Below, in pieces: positions 9,958 through 19,637 of a stretch of 64,000 nt of DNA. A program made the translations under genes and the position numbers. Source of the stretch: Candidatus Eremiobacteria bacterium (GTDB lineage: Bacteria; Vulcanimicrobiota; Vulcanimicrobiia; Vulcanimicrobiales; Vulcanimicrobiaceae); the NCBI GenBank assembly GCA_963758295.1, contig CAVWUU010000002.1:192001-256000 (forward strand), read 5' to 3'. The stretch's first letter is position 1. Each line of letters opens with the position of its first letter. The notes under the pieces were generated by a model that worked only from the letters and a program-made list of their open reading frames with translations, made no database searches and was not told where the DNA came from.

Positions 9958-10940
9958 AGAACGAATTCGAAGCGCGGCGGCGAGCGCACGATCCGCTGTC
10001 TGCGCTTCCGTTCGATTTAGGTTCACAACTTGCCGCGGCCCTTCGCGATGCGTGCTCGCTGGAAATCCCCGACATCTTCGTGGACTTGGCTGCATGGGCA
10101 CAAAATGTGTTGCTCTTCCGCGGCTTTCCAGCCGCCGCAACGGCTCAAGCAATCGATACGATTCGCACGAACCTTTCTGCGTACGTGCCGGCTGCCGATG
10201 CGCGAACGGCGGCCCGCATCTTGGAAAAAGCGCATCGCCGGCTCTCGACTGCGCATTGGCGCGACGATCCAGGGATCAATGCGGATTCTCCGCATGGCCA
10301 AAGCGCACGACGATTTTTGGAAGCCGCCTTGCACGGCGATGAGGCGCGCGCCATGAAAGAAGCGTTGCTGTGCGTCGCCGCCGGAGCGCGGATCATCGAC
10401 ATCTACGAAACTCTTCTTACTCCCGCTTTGCGTGAAGCGGGACGCTTGTGGGAACGCGGCACGATCACGATTGCCCAAGAGCACATGGTCACGGCTTCAA
10501 CGGAACGCGTGATGGCGCAGCTGCTCGACCTGGAAGCACCTCACCCGCATAACGAGCTTTCGGTGGCGGTGCTTGCTCCCGGAAGCGCTCAACATCACGT
10601 GGGCGCGCGCATGGTGGCCGATGCTTTTGCGCTCTCCGGCTGGCACTCGTCCTTTCTGGGCGGCAACTTGCCGATTGAAGCGATTCTCGAATACGTCGAC
10701 AATGCGTCCGTAGACGTTCTCGCGCTTTCCGGAACGGTTGCCGCAGATGTCGCACCGATTCGTACGTTGATCGCGCAGTTGGACACGCGTCCCCTTTCGC
10801 CGGTGGTCATCGTTGGCGGCCGCGCGTTTTCTCTTCACCCGTCGCTGTGGCGGCAAGTCGGCGCCGACGGATACGCCGCAACCCCGTTGATGGCGGTCGC
10901 GCTAGCGAGCGAATTGGTTTGTCACTGCGAGCCGAAGTAA
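9954..10940 (+). CDS. cobalamin B12-binding domain protein (no HTH evident)
   Basis: W-x9-EH motif (WERGTITIAQEH), PGSAQHHVG (ExHxxG-like), LALSGT, IVGGRAF, VGADG. Confidence 0.85.
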   Translation: MKNEFEARRRAHDPLSALPFDLGSQLAAALRDACSLEIPDIFVDLAAWAQNVLLFRGFPAAATAQAIDTIRTNLSAYVPAADARTAARILEKAHRRLSTAHWRDDPGINADSPHGQSARRFLEAALHGDEARAMKEALLCVAAGARIIDIYETLLTPALREAGRLWERGTITIAQEHMVTASTERVMAQLLDLEAPHPHNELSVAVLAPGSAQHHVGARMVADAFALSGWHSSFLGGNLPIEAILEYVDNASVDVLALSGTVAADVAPIRTLIAQLDTRPLSPVVIVGGRAFSLHPSLWRQVGADGYAATPLMAVALASELVCHCEPK

Positions 10941-12307
10941 AAGCCCGAGTTCGCGGCGGCGAGCGGTATCAGTGGTACGCAATCGCCGTCATCATGCTGG
11001 GAAGCATGATGGGAACGCTCGACGCCTCCATCGCCAACGTTGCGATGCCCACAATTGCTCACGCCTACCGGCATTCGGTGGACGACGCAGAGTGGGTGTT
11101 GCTTTCATTCATGCTCGTTACGGCGTCGACGCTCGTGTTCTTCGGACGGCTCGGCGATATGTTTGGCCAGAAGCGCGTTTACCTTACCGGGTTCGCAGTG
11201 TTCGGCATCGGCTCGCTCGCATGTTCGTTCAGTCCGTCGCTCGGGTTTTTGATCGCCGCGCGTGTCTTACAGGCCTTCGGCGCATCGATGCTCGTTTCGT
11301 CGAATCAAGCGCTGATCGTCGACACGTTTCCGGCGAAGATGCGCGGACGCGCAATTGGTCTCAACGGCGCAGCGGTGGCACTGGGGCTTTCAGCGGGGCC
11401 CATCGTCGGAGGTGCAATCGTCACGTTCGCGCATTGGCAGTGGATCTTCTTGATCAACGTCCCGATCTCGATCGTGGCAATGATCGCGGCAGCGCTCGTT
11501 CTCAAACCAACGGCTCCACGCGGCAAAGGCTTCGACCCGCTCGGCGCGCTTCTGTCCATCGGCGGCCTCTTCTCGCTTTCGTTAACGCTGTCTCGCGCGC
11601 ATGTTTGGGGTTGGAGCTCGCCGTACACGATCGTCCTGTTCGTCGTCGCGGCGATTCTGATCGCGCTGTTCCTGCACGTGGAACGGCGCGTGCCGTATCC
11701 GACGCTCGATTTGCAGCTCTTTCAGAACCGGCTGTTCCGCTTCTCGGTTCTTGCGGCGTTCGTGTTTTTCGTCGCATTCTCCGGAATCGTCTTCATCGTT
11801 CCGCTCTCCGCGCAAACGGCGCTCGGCGCCACCGCGTTTCAAGCAGGCTTCTTGCTATTGCCAATTACGGTGATGAACATCGTCCTCGCACCACTAGCGG
11901 GAGCAATCTCCGATCGGGTGCCGGTTCGCTACATCTCGACGTTCGGCGCATGCGTCGTAGCAATCGGCGCGTTTATCTTGTCACGTTTACCACCGCACCC
12001 GCAAACGTGGCAAATCGTCGCTTCGTTGATGGTCGCCGGCTTCGGCACGGCGGTGTTCAGCCAGCCCAACAATAGCGCCATCATGGGATCGGCGCCCGAG
12101 AACCGGCGCGGCATCGCGGCGGGAACGCTCGCGACTGCGCGCACGACCGGGCAGCTGTTGGGCGTCGCCGCCGGCGGCGCCGTGTATTTCGCTCGCGCCC
12201 TGCAACTGGGCCCGCTTGGCCGCACCTTTATTCCGGCCACCACCTACTTTGCCGTTGTCGGAGCAATTATGGTGGTAGTAGCCGGCATTTCATGGATTCG
12301 GGAATAG
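10919..12307 (+). CDS. MFS transporter, DHA2/EmrB-QacA type
   Basis: LDASIANVAMP, GRLGDMFGQKR, WIFLINVP, FDPLG motifs; TTG start chosen by inference. Confidence 0.9.
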   Translation: MSLRAEVKARVRGGERYQWYAIAVIMLGSMMGTLDASIANVAMPTIAHAYRHSVDDAEWVLLSFMLVTASTLVFFGRLGDMFGQKRVYLTGFAVFGIGSLACSFSPSLGFLIAARVLQAFGASMLVSSNQALIVDTFPAKMRGRAIGLNGAAVALGLSAGPIVGGAIVTFAHWQWIFLINVPISIVAMIAAALVLKPTAPRGKGFDPLGALLSIGGLFSLSLTLSRAHVWGWSSPYTIVLFVVAAILIALFLHVERRVPYPTLDLQLFQNRLFRFSVLAAFVFFVAFSGIVFIVPLSAQTALGATAFQAGFLLLPITVMNIVLAPLAGAISDRVPVRYISTFGACVVAIGAFILSRLPPHPQTWQIVASLMVAGFGTAVFSQPNNSAIMGSAPENRRGIAAGTLATARTTGQLLGVAAGGAVYFARALQLGPLGRTFIPATTYFAVVGAIMVVVAGISWIRE

Positions 12308-13092
12308 GGTCATCACCACGGCGGTTTGATTTTACGGCCGCCTTCGCCATCGTCATGGTTACGTTCATTGCAATTGCGATGAGCCAGTTTTCTCGTGGCT
12401 GGAGCGATGCCGCACATGGGCTGATCATTTTCGAACGCGCGCAAAAAGATCTCTACGTCGATGCAGATCTCGTCTTGAAAGCCAACGGCGTTCGCGTCAG
12501 CGAGCCGCTGGCGCAACGCTTACGTGAACAAACCGTGCTCGTGGTTACGCGTACCGGCGGGCGGCACGAGATTGAAGGAACGGGGGTCATCGTCGGAGCG
12601 CGGCGGAACGAGCTGGCGATTCTCACGGCGCGTCACGTCGTGGAACATCCCGGTGCGCATTCGGTTTTCTTTGCGTCGCACTACGCAAGTGTCGTTCACC
12701 GCATCGTGCTTGACCGGCGCGACGATCTGGCGCTCTTATGGGTGCCTGCACTTCCCGGGAGTTATACGCGCACGACGATCGCATCGTCGGACTTCTCCAC
12801 CGGCGATCGTTTTGTCGTGATGGGACATCCCGGTAATCTCCAGTGGGCGGCGACGCCCGGCATCGCGGAACATCACTCGCATCTTACGCTGCTCTACTGT
12901 CCCGCATGCGATCGCGGCGACTCCGGCGCCGGCGCCTATGATATGCAGGGCCGGCTGCACGGAATCATAACGCGTAAGTTGATTATTACGGCGCTCTCGG
13001 CGCACGGCGACCGATACGTCTCGGTCACCGCGTTCTCGACGATACGTACCGATCGCATTCGCGCGTTTCTTACGCGCGCCGAAGTTTCTTAG
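12292..13092 (+). CDS. trypsin-like (S1) serine protease with N-terminal membrane anchor
   Basis: Catalytic triad motifs LTARHVV, DDLALL, GDSGAG. Confidence 0.8.
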   Translation: MDSGIGSSPRRFDFTAAFAIVMVTFIAIAMSQFSRGWSDAAHGLIIFERAQKDLYVDADLVLKANGVRVSEPLAQRLREQTVLVVTRTGGRHEIEGTGVIVGARRNELAILTARHVVEHPGAHSVFFASHYASVVHRIVLDRRDDLALLWVPALPGSYTRTTIASSDFSTGDRFVVMGHPGNLQWAATPGIAEHHSHLTLLYCPACDRGDSGAGAYDMQGRLHGIITRKLIITALSAHGDRYVSVTAFSTIRTDRIRAFLTRAEVS

Positions 13093-13727
13093 AGGAGGCC
13101 GAGTTTGATCGCGTGCACGGCAGCTTGGCTGCGTGCGTAGATGTTCAGCTTCGAGAAAATCCGGCTGATGTGATTCTTAATCGTCTTTTCCGAGAGATTA
13201 AGCCGGGCACTGATCATTTTGTTAGAAAGGCCTTCGGCGATGAGACGAATCACTTCGGCCTCGCGCGTCGAGAGCTCGTTGAGATCCCGGCGATTTCCGT
13301 TGGCGCGGCGGCGCATCAGGCCACCGGCAACGCGCGGGTCGACGTAATTCTCACCGGCAGCGATCAATCGGATCGCGCGGATAAGCTCGGCCGGCGTGAT
13401 GTCCTTGACGATGTAACCCTCAGCACCCGCCGTAAGCGAGCGCTGCAGCAATTCCGGGCCGGGACGCATGGTCAACGCGCAGATGCGGGCATTTGGAGCG
13501 GCAACGCGGCATGCTTCGAGCGCATCGCTGATCGCGCCGTTGATCGAATCGAGATCGAGAATGATCACGTTCGGGCGTGCGCGGCCGATGGCCGCGGCGT
13601 CGATGCCCTGGCCGTCGCCGGCGATTTGAATGTCGCGTTCCTGCGCGAACAATTCCGCCAGGGCCTTGGCAAAGAGCACTTGCCCTTCGATGATGTAGAG
13701 GCGAATCGTATCAAGACTGGTTAGCAC
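13089..13727 (-). CDS. NarL/LuxR-family response regulator
   Basis: Receiver domain (ILDLD, GYIVKD) plus HTH LSTREAEVIRLIAEGLSNK..LSEKTIKNH; AAAGGA RBS before GTG. Confidence 0.92.
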   Translation of the reverse strand: MLTSLDTIRLYIIEGQVLFAKALAELFAQERDIQIAGDGQGIDAAAIGRARPNVIILDLDSINGAISDALEACRVAAPNARICALTMRPGPELLQRSLTAGAEGYIVKDITPAELIRAIRLIAAGENYVDPRVAGGLMRRRANGNRRDLNELSTREAEVIRLIAEGLSNKMISARLNLSEKTIKNHISRIFSKLNIYARSQAAVHAIKLGLL

Positions 13728-13870
13728 AGGCGAGTCCTTTGAACAGCGGCATTGGTGACGACAAGATACCCCCACTTAGGCCGCTTGAACCTGTATTTTG
13801 CAAAAACCGTTCTTGTGTCCCATGTTTTGGCGCGCAAAGCACCCCAGAGGACCCAATGCGATGAAGTTCG

Positions 13871-14557
13871 TTAGGACCAGTGGACGCGTTTACGGGAGGA
13901 TATCGTTGCGACCGCGCCTTTGCGGACCTGAACGTAGAGTTTTTGTTTGGCGTTCAGTTGGACGAGCGCGGCGCCGATTGCGAACGAAAAGCATGCGAGC
14001 GGACCGAACGGCCGGACATGGGAGATCGTCAAGGAGACTGCGGAGAGAGCGATGAGGGCGACCGCGATCCAATGGGCACCTTGTCTTTGTACCGCAAATG
14101 CTGTCGCTCCAACGCCTACTAGCCAAGCTAGCGCACCGACCAAATAAACGATTCCGGTGATCGGTCCCCAGAATAACGCCTGAAGGCCCGATTCCATTGC
14201 AACTTGCGCTTCGGCGGTCAAAGAACCCGAATTCGACACCATAATGCCGCTTGCGACTCCCACTATCGCGTCGTACGCCGAATACGCGATTGCGAAGACC
14301 AACATCGCCCACCGCGCCGTCATCACCGTGCGCCCGCGCAGGTTCAAGGTGAGCAATACGACGCAGCCCGCCATCAACGCAAGCAGCGGCAACTGGACGA
14401 GATGCAACGCGGTCCACCACCGCACGACCGGAGCGATCGTTTCGTAGATTTCGGCGCCCGGCAGAAGCGGGGGGTGTCCAAGCTCTAGGATGCCGAGCAG
14501 CATCGGAATCGACACGATCAGCGTCGTGCTCACCCGCGACGAGCGAAAGACTCTCAT
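13871..14557 (-). CDS. hypothetical multi-TM membrane protein
   Basis: Several hydrophobic helices; GGGAG RBS before ATG 14557. Confidence 0.7.
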   Translation of the reverse strand: MRVFRSSRVSTTLIVSIPMLLGILELGHPPLLPGAEIYETIAPVVRWWTALHLVQLPLLALMAGCVVLLTLNLRGRTVMTARWAMLVFAIAYSAYDAIVGVASGIMVSNSGSLTAEAQVAMESGLQALFWGPITGIVYLVGALAWLVGVGATAFAVQRQGAHWIAVALIALSAVSLTISHVRPFGPLACFSFAIGAALVQLNAKQKLYVQVRKGAVATISSRKRVHWS

Positions 14558-14571
14558 AGCGCTCCCACATG

Positions 14572-14609
14572 AAAAAGAGGGCACCGCGGTATTTCGCGGT
14601 GCCCTCTTT
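14572..14609. terminator. intrinsic terminator downstream of lon
   Basis: AAAGAGGGCACCGCG-GTATTT-CGCGGTGCCCTCTTT perfect stem with T-tract on the minus strand. Confidence 0.85.
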
Positions 14610-14623
14610 GCTTTGCTGCGAGG

Positions 14624-17098
14624 CTAGCGCTTGCGCGTGCCCGACGTTCTCCGCCGGCGTTCCGGCGCGGGACGAGGCCGCTTCGCGACGCCGTTCCGGC
14701 GCATTGGCACGACGTTGTTCGCGCGCCCACTTTCCGAACCGAGCGGGACCGGCGCAATCACGCGTTTTCCGAGCGCGTGGTAGAGGACTTCGGAAATCTC
14801 TTCGACCGGCACGAATTCCATCGTGTCTCGCACTTCCTTCGGAATGTCGTCGAGATCCATCTCGTTGCGCTTCGGAAAGATAATCTTTGAAATACCGGCG
14901 CGTTTCGCCCCAAGCACTTTCTCTTTCAAACCACCGATCGGCAACACCTGACCGGTGAGCGTGATCTCGCCCGTCATCGCAAGATTCGGATCGACCTTCA
15001 GCCCCGTAAGCATCGATGCGATCGACGTCGCCATCGTGATCCCGGCCGACGGGCCGTCCTTGGGCGTTGCGCCGGCCGGCACGTGAATGTGCAGGTCGTG
15101 CTTCGCAAAGTAGTCGTCCGGAATTCCGAGTTCGCTGGTACGCGAGCGTAAGAACGATACCGCGGCCTGCGCGCTTTCTTTCATGACGTCGCCAAGCTGG
15201 CCCGTAAGGACAAGCTTCCCGGTACCGGGCATCGACTGCGTTTCGATGAAGACGATGTCGCCGCCCACCGAAGTCCACACCATTCCCGTTGCGACGCCGA
15301 TCGAAGCCACGCGTTTCTTCGCTTCGTTAAAGAACCGCGGCTTGCTCAGGTACTCAGAAACGCTTTCCGGCTTCACGCGAGCTTTGAAGCGCGCGTTCTC
15401 CGCGATCTTGCGCGCGACTTTGCGGAAGATCGTTCCGATCTCGCGTTCCAAATTTCTAACGCCCGCTTCGCGCGTGTAATCCGTGATCACCGAGCGAATC
15501 GCTTGATCGGAAATCTGCGCCTGCGTTTCCTTCAAGCCGTTGGCAAGGCGCTGCTTCTTCACAAGATACCGTTTGGCGATCTGCAGCTTCTCGAGTTCGG
15601 TGTAACCAGAGAGTTGAATGATCTCCATGCGGTCACGCAGCGGCGGCGAAATCGTATCGAGTGAGTTTGCCGTGCAGATGAATAGCACTTGGCTCAAATC
15701 GAACGGCAGGTCGAGGTAATGATCGCGGAACGACGAGTTTTGTTCGGGGTCGAGGACTTCGAGCAGCGCAGATTGCGGGTCGCCGCGGAAGTCCGCGCCA
15801 ACTTTGTCTATTTCGTCGATCATCATCACGGGATTCTTCGTGGCGGCATCGCGCATAGCGCGCACGATCGTCCCGGGCATTGCGCCGATGTACGTACGGC
15901 GATGTCCGCGAATTTCGGCTTCGTCTCGAACGCCGCCGACCGAAAGACGCACGAACTTGCGTCCCATCGCGCGGGCGATAGAGTGTCCGAGCGACGTTTT
16001 ACCCACGCCGGGCGGTCCAACGAAGCACAGAATCGGACCGGTCAGCTTCTTCTTTAATTTCCCGACGGCCAAGTACTCGATGATGCGATCTTTGATCTTC
16101 TCGAGATCGTAGTGATCCTCGTCGAGAATCTCGCGGGCTTTCTTGATGTCGATGTGATCGGCGGTCTCTTTATCCCACGGCAGCTGCACGAGCCAGTCCA
16201 GGTACGTGCGGATGACGCTGTACTCAGGGCTCGCCTGCGGCACCTTGGAAAGGCGATCCAGCTCGCGTTCCGCGGCTTTACGCACTTCTTCGGGCATCTG
16301 CGCTTCGTCGATCTTCGTACGCAGCTCGTTCGTTTCGGCTTGCTGCGGATCGACTTCGCCCAGTTCTTCCTGAATGGCGCGCAATTGCTGGCGCAGGTAA
16401 AACTCGCGCTGATTCTTTTCCATCTCGCGCTGGATGTCGCTCTGGATCTTGTGGCCCAGTTCGACCACTTCCAGTTCCTTTGTAAGCAGCATCGTGAGCT
16501 TGCGCATACGCTTGGCCGTGTTGCGTTCTTCCAAGAGCGCCTGGCGATCCGCCGGTTCCAAACGCATGGTCGACGCGACGAAATACGTCAGCACGTTCGG
16601 ATCGGTGATGTTCTGAACTTCCATTTCCATCTCGCGCGGAGCTTGCGGAAGGTAGGAAAGCAGTTTTTGAAAGAGGCTGCCGAGATTGCGCTGCATCGCA
16701 AGCAGTTCTTCATTTTCCACCGTTAGGTCGGGCAGTTCGGTGTACGACGCGACCATATATGGATCGGTTTGCGTAAACCGGTCGATTTTAAAGACTTGCT
16801 GTCCCGCGACGATACAGCGGATCGTGCCGTCGGGTACCTTCAGCATCTTCTGAATAACGCCGATCGTTCCGACGCGATGCACGTCTTCGGGACCGGGATT
16901 CTCGGTGTCCCGATCTTTGAGCACGGTCAAGCCGATCGGTTTTCCTTCGCGCAACGCCTCTTCGACGAGCTGGATGCCGGGTTTCTTCACCACCGCAAGC
17001 GGGATGACCGTATTCGGAAACAAGACCGCTTCTTGAAGCGGCAGCACTCCGATCGTACTGGCCGGCGTTACCGGCGTATCTTTTTTAGCAGCGGGCAT
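14624..17098 (-). CDS. lon: ATP-dependent protease La (Lon)
   Basis: Walker A GPPGVGKT, IDEIDK, GHRRTYIGA, catalytic PKDGPSAG, IGGLKEK. Confidence 0.98.
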   Translation of the reverse strand: MPAAKKDTPVTPASTIGVLPLQEAVLFPNTVIPLAVVKKPGIQLVEEALREGKPIGLTVLKDRDTENPGPEDVHRVGTIGVIQKMLKVPDGTIRCIVAGQQVFKIDRFTQTDPYMVASYTELPDLTVENEELLAMQRNLGSLFQKLLSYLPQAPREMEMEVQNITDPNVLTYFVASTMRLEPADRQALLEERNTAKRMRKLTMLLTKELEVVELGHKIQSDIQREMEKNQREFYLRQQLRAIQEELGEVDPQQAETNELRTKIDEAQMPEEVRKAAERELDRLSKVPQASPEYSVIRTYLDWLVQLPWDKETADHIDIKKAREILDEDHYDLEKIKDRIIEYLAVGKLKKKLTGPILCFVGPPGVGKTSLGHSIARAMGRKFVRLSVGGVRDEAEIRGHRRTYIGAMPGTIVRAMRDAATKNPVMMIDEIDKVGADFRGDPQSALLEVLDPEQNSSFRDHYLDLPFDLSQVLFICTANSLDTISPPLRDRMEIIQLSGYTELEKLQIAKRYLVKKQRLANGLKETQAQISDQAIRSVITDYTREAGVRNLEREIGTIFRKVARKIAENARFKARVKPESVSEYLSKPRFFNEAKKRVASIGVATGMVWTSVGGDIVFIETQSMPGTGKLVLTGQLGDVMKESAQAAVSFLRSRTSELGIPDDYFAKHDLHIHVPAGATPKDGPSAGITMATSIASMLTGLKVDPNLAMTGEITLTGQVLPIGGLKEKVLGAKRAGISKIIFPKRNEMDLDDIPKEVRDTMEFVPVEEISEVLYHALGKRVIAPVPLGSESGRANNVVPMRRNGVAKRPRPAPERRRRTSGTRKR

Positions 17099-17485
17099 CT
17101 AAGATAAGGTCCTTTTCACGATCATACGAATCTCGGTGCGCGCAGTTGGAAGATACGCGGTTGGCGAGACGGGAAGCGCGATTACGAGCACGCCGTCGGC
17201 GTACTGTGCAACGATGTCGCCGAAATCGACAGCGACGGGTAAGGCAATGCGTTTGGCAAACGCGCCGTAAGCAATTTCTTTTTGAATGAACGAGCCGCGG
17301 CGGAAGTTCACGACTTCTGCCCGCCGTCCGGCAATAGTCAGATACCGGTCATCGATGCTGACGCGCAAGCTTTCGGGATCGGCGCCGGCCACCTCGACCG
17401 CTACGACGACCTGACCTCGCTCTTCATCCACGAAAACGTCGGCGTTTGGCTCGAACCCCAGCCGGGGCCGTAACACAAAATCCAT
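17099..17485 (-). CDS. Hsp20/alpha-crystallin family protein
   Basis: PNADVF, EIAYGAFAKRIALP, AQYADGVLVIALP; directly upstream of lon. Confidence 0.88.
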   Translation of the reverse strand: MDFVLRPRLGFEPNADVFVDEERGQVVVAVEVAGADPESLRVSIDDRYLTIAGRRAEVVNFRRGSFIQKEIAYGAFAKRIALPVAVDFGDIVAQYADGVLVIALPVSPTAYLPTARTEIRMIVKRTLS

Positions 17486-17506
17486 CTTACGCTCTAACCC
17501 GCAGTC

Positions 17507-17533
17507 TTAGCACTCGGATGCGCCGTCTGCTAA
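17507..17533. promoter_or_regulatory. CIRCE element (HrcA operator) upstream of hsp20-lon
   Basis: TTAGCACTC-N9-GTCTGCTAA versus consensus TTAGCACTC-N9-GAGTGCTAA. Confidence 0.85.
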
Positions 17534-17571
17534 TTTGGCGGTCGACGGCGCGCTCCTGGTAGACTCGTACC

Positions 17572-18108
17572 CTACATCTTCGGGTCGGGCAAGGCTCGGC
17601 CGCTCGGCCAAGCGACGCATGGGACGATCTGCATCATGAGGCCCTCATACGCGGCCTGGGGGATGCTTACTTTAAAGAACTGTTGATACTTGGTTGCCAC
17701 GCCGTAACGCATCGTCGGAGGGAATTGCTCGGTCTTATCGCCCGGCACATGGGTAGAGGCCAGGATCTGGTTCATCTGGCGGGAGCCGGCGGCGGACATG
17801 TAGTCGGGACTCCGTTGGCCTAGCCAATTAGACCCATCTTGAAGAGTATACAAATAGCCGATTACTTCATTGGAGAGCAAAGACGAGGTGGAGACCACCT
17901 TGTCGATGCGAACGATCTGCATCGACCGTACTGCGGGAGGCTGCAGCACCAACGGCACGGCACGGGGCGAGTCCATACACGCTCCGTTGTTTAGCGTGTC
18001 GGCCGGTGCAGGCAGCGTCGTCTGGGGGACGGCTGATGCGGGTGGAACCTGCGCCACGAGATTCGTGACGCTCACAATCGCGGAAAGGACTGAAGCAAAT
18101 AGCAACAT
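17572..18108 (-). CDS. hypothetical secreted protein
   Basis: Signal-peptide-like MLLFASVLSAIV, Pro-rich linker, two Cys. Confidence 0.65.
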   Translation of the reverse strand: MLLFASVLSAIVSVTNLVAQVPPASAVPQTTLPAPADTLNNGACMDSPRAVPLVLQPPAVRSMQIVRIDKVVSTSSLLSNEVIGYLYTLQDGSNWLGQRSPDYMSAAGSRQMNQILASTHVPGDKTEQFPPTMRYGVATKYQQFFKVSIPQAAYEGLMMQIVPCVAWPSGRALPDPKM

Positions 18109-18153
18109 GAGTCGCGCATTCGCACCTTCGCTTCCGTATTCCGTGCGCCGCCG

Positions 18154-19212
18154 ATGAAGTTGAACGTCGCTGTCCTCGACGATCAAGAAGCGTCGCTTGC
18201 CGGTTTCACCCAGATTCTACGCCGTGTTGCTGCCGTGGAACCCGTGTGCTTCAAAAAAGCATCCGACGGGCTCCATTGGCTCGCTGCCATGACGCCTGTC
18301 TTCATCGTGGTGAATCAAACGCTGGCCGACATCAATGGGCTCGATTTCATTCGTCGTATGCGGCTCGTCCCCGGACGTGAAGCGACGCCCGTGATCTTTA
18401 CGACGTCGTCGAAGTCCGATCGCGATCTGAGGCGCGCGGCATTCGATCTCGACATCTTCGCGTACCTCGAGAAGCCGATCAATCCGTCGGAATTTCTCGT
18501 GCATGCAATGCATATAGTGGATATCACGCGCGAGCGCGAGGAGCTAAAGAGGCGCCTCGAGCAGGCTGGAAATCTCCACACTACGACAAGCGCGCCGACG
18601 GGCGACGCCGACGCGGTTTCGCTCGAGATCGATGCGATGCAAGACGTCGCCGCGCTCCACGATCCGTCTCTAGTGACGCATTTGAATCTCGCAGCCCAGC
18701 TGGCCGTTGCCATCGCCCGTGAAGCAAAGTTGACCCCCGATGAAATCGGCACTCTTGGGCAAGCCGCGCGAATTTACGATATCGGGAAGGTCGCGATTCC
18801 GCAACGCATTCTGGAATCTCGGGTTCCGGTGGGCCAAGCCGACCGCGTCACGATTGAGGCGCACGCCCACGCCGGAGCGAAGGTTCTCGCAGTGCGCCAA
18901 TCACCTGTAATGCGCGCGGCGACATTGCTCGCTCAAACGCACCACGAGAAATACGACGGCACGGGGTACCCCCGCAAAATGCGCGGTTCCCAAATTCCGA
19001 TCGCCGGCCGCATCGTCGCCGTCGCCGATTCCTTTGCGGCATTGATTCAGATGCGGCCCCACCGGCCGGCGCACACGCTTTCTAAAGCTCTCGAAATCGT
19101 GGAGGCGCAATCCGGCGGAGCCTTCGATCCGGCGATCGTACAAGCGTTACGCGCTGCGCTGCCCGAAATCTCACGCTTCGTCCACGAGCAATTTGGACGC
19201 GCCGCTAGCTAG
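18154..19212 (+). CDS. receiver domain plus degenerate HD-GYP domain protein (RpfG-like)
   Basis: HHEKYDGTGYP and RIVAVADSF present; HD replaced by YD (IYDIGK); phosphoacceptor Asp appears to be Asn (IVVNQT). Confidence 0.85.
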   Translation: MKLNVAVLDDQEASLAGFTQILRRVAAVEPVCFKKASDGLHWLAAMTPVFIVVNQTLADINGLDFIRRMRLVPGREATPVIFTTSSKSDRDLRRAAFDLDIFAYLEKPINPSEFLVHAMHIVDITREREELKRRLEQAGNLHTTTSAPTGDADAVSLEIDAMQDVAALHDPSLVTHLNLAAQLAVAIAREAKLTPDEIGTLGQAARIYDIGKVAIPQRILESRVPVGQADRVTIEAHAHAGAKVLAVRQSPVMRAATLLAQTHHEKYDGTGYPRKMRGSQIPIAGRIVAVADSFAALIQMRPHRPAHTLSKALEIVEAQSGGAFDPAIVQALRAALPEISRFVHEQFGRAAS

Positions 19213-19622
19213 GCGCTAGCGCGCATCGTCGCATACGCTAACCCGAGCACTACGGCGTCTTCCACGACGCCGATTGCTTGCTGTGGAACGTTGAGCCGCT
19301 TCGCGAGCGCGCTGCGCGCTTTTTGCGCGAGGAAAGCCGACGCGACGGCCGCTCCTGCAGCAACCGCCATTGCGGCGATGGTCGGCTGCTTATTGCCCGC
19401 ACGCGCAGCGTACGCCGCCGCGCTCATGCGTCCCAAGAGCGGACCTATCCGCGTGCGGTTTCCGATAAACGGCAGCTTATCCGCAACCATTTCACTTCCG
19501 AGTGCCATTGCGGCACCCGTGGGTAAAGTACCCGACGCGCTCCACGCAGCGGCGAACGGACCGGCACTCGTGCGCAGGCCGCTCGTTGCGCCGAGCAGCG
19601 CGGATTTCACGTACACGTTCAT
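19209..19622 (-). CDS. small membrane protein, DUF4126-like
   Basis: GATSGLR, EMVADKLP, GVVED motifs. Confidence 0.65.
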   Translation of the reverse strand: MNVYVKSALLGATSGLRTSAGPFAAAWSASGTLPTGAAMALGSEMVADKLPFIGNRTRIGPLLGRMSAAAYAARAGNKQPTIAAMAVAAGAAVASAFLAQKARSALAKRLNVPQQAIGVVEDAVVLGLAYATMRASA

Positions 19623-19637
19623 GAAGCGTAGGTTCCC

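Noticed and set aside
13890..15278. 462-aa minus-strand alternative-frame ORF, and similar Arg-rich overlapping ORFs throughout
   Set aside because: Overlap well-supported genes, cross a terminator and have GC-artefact composition
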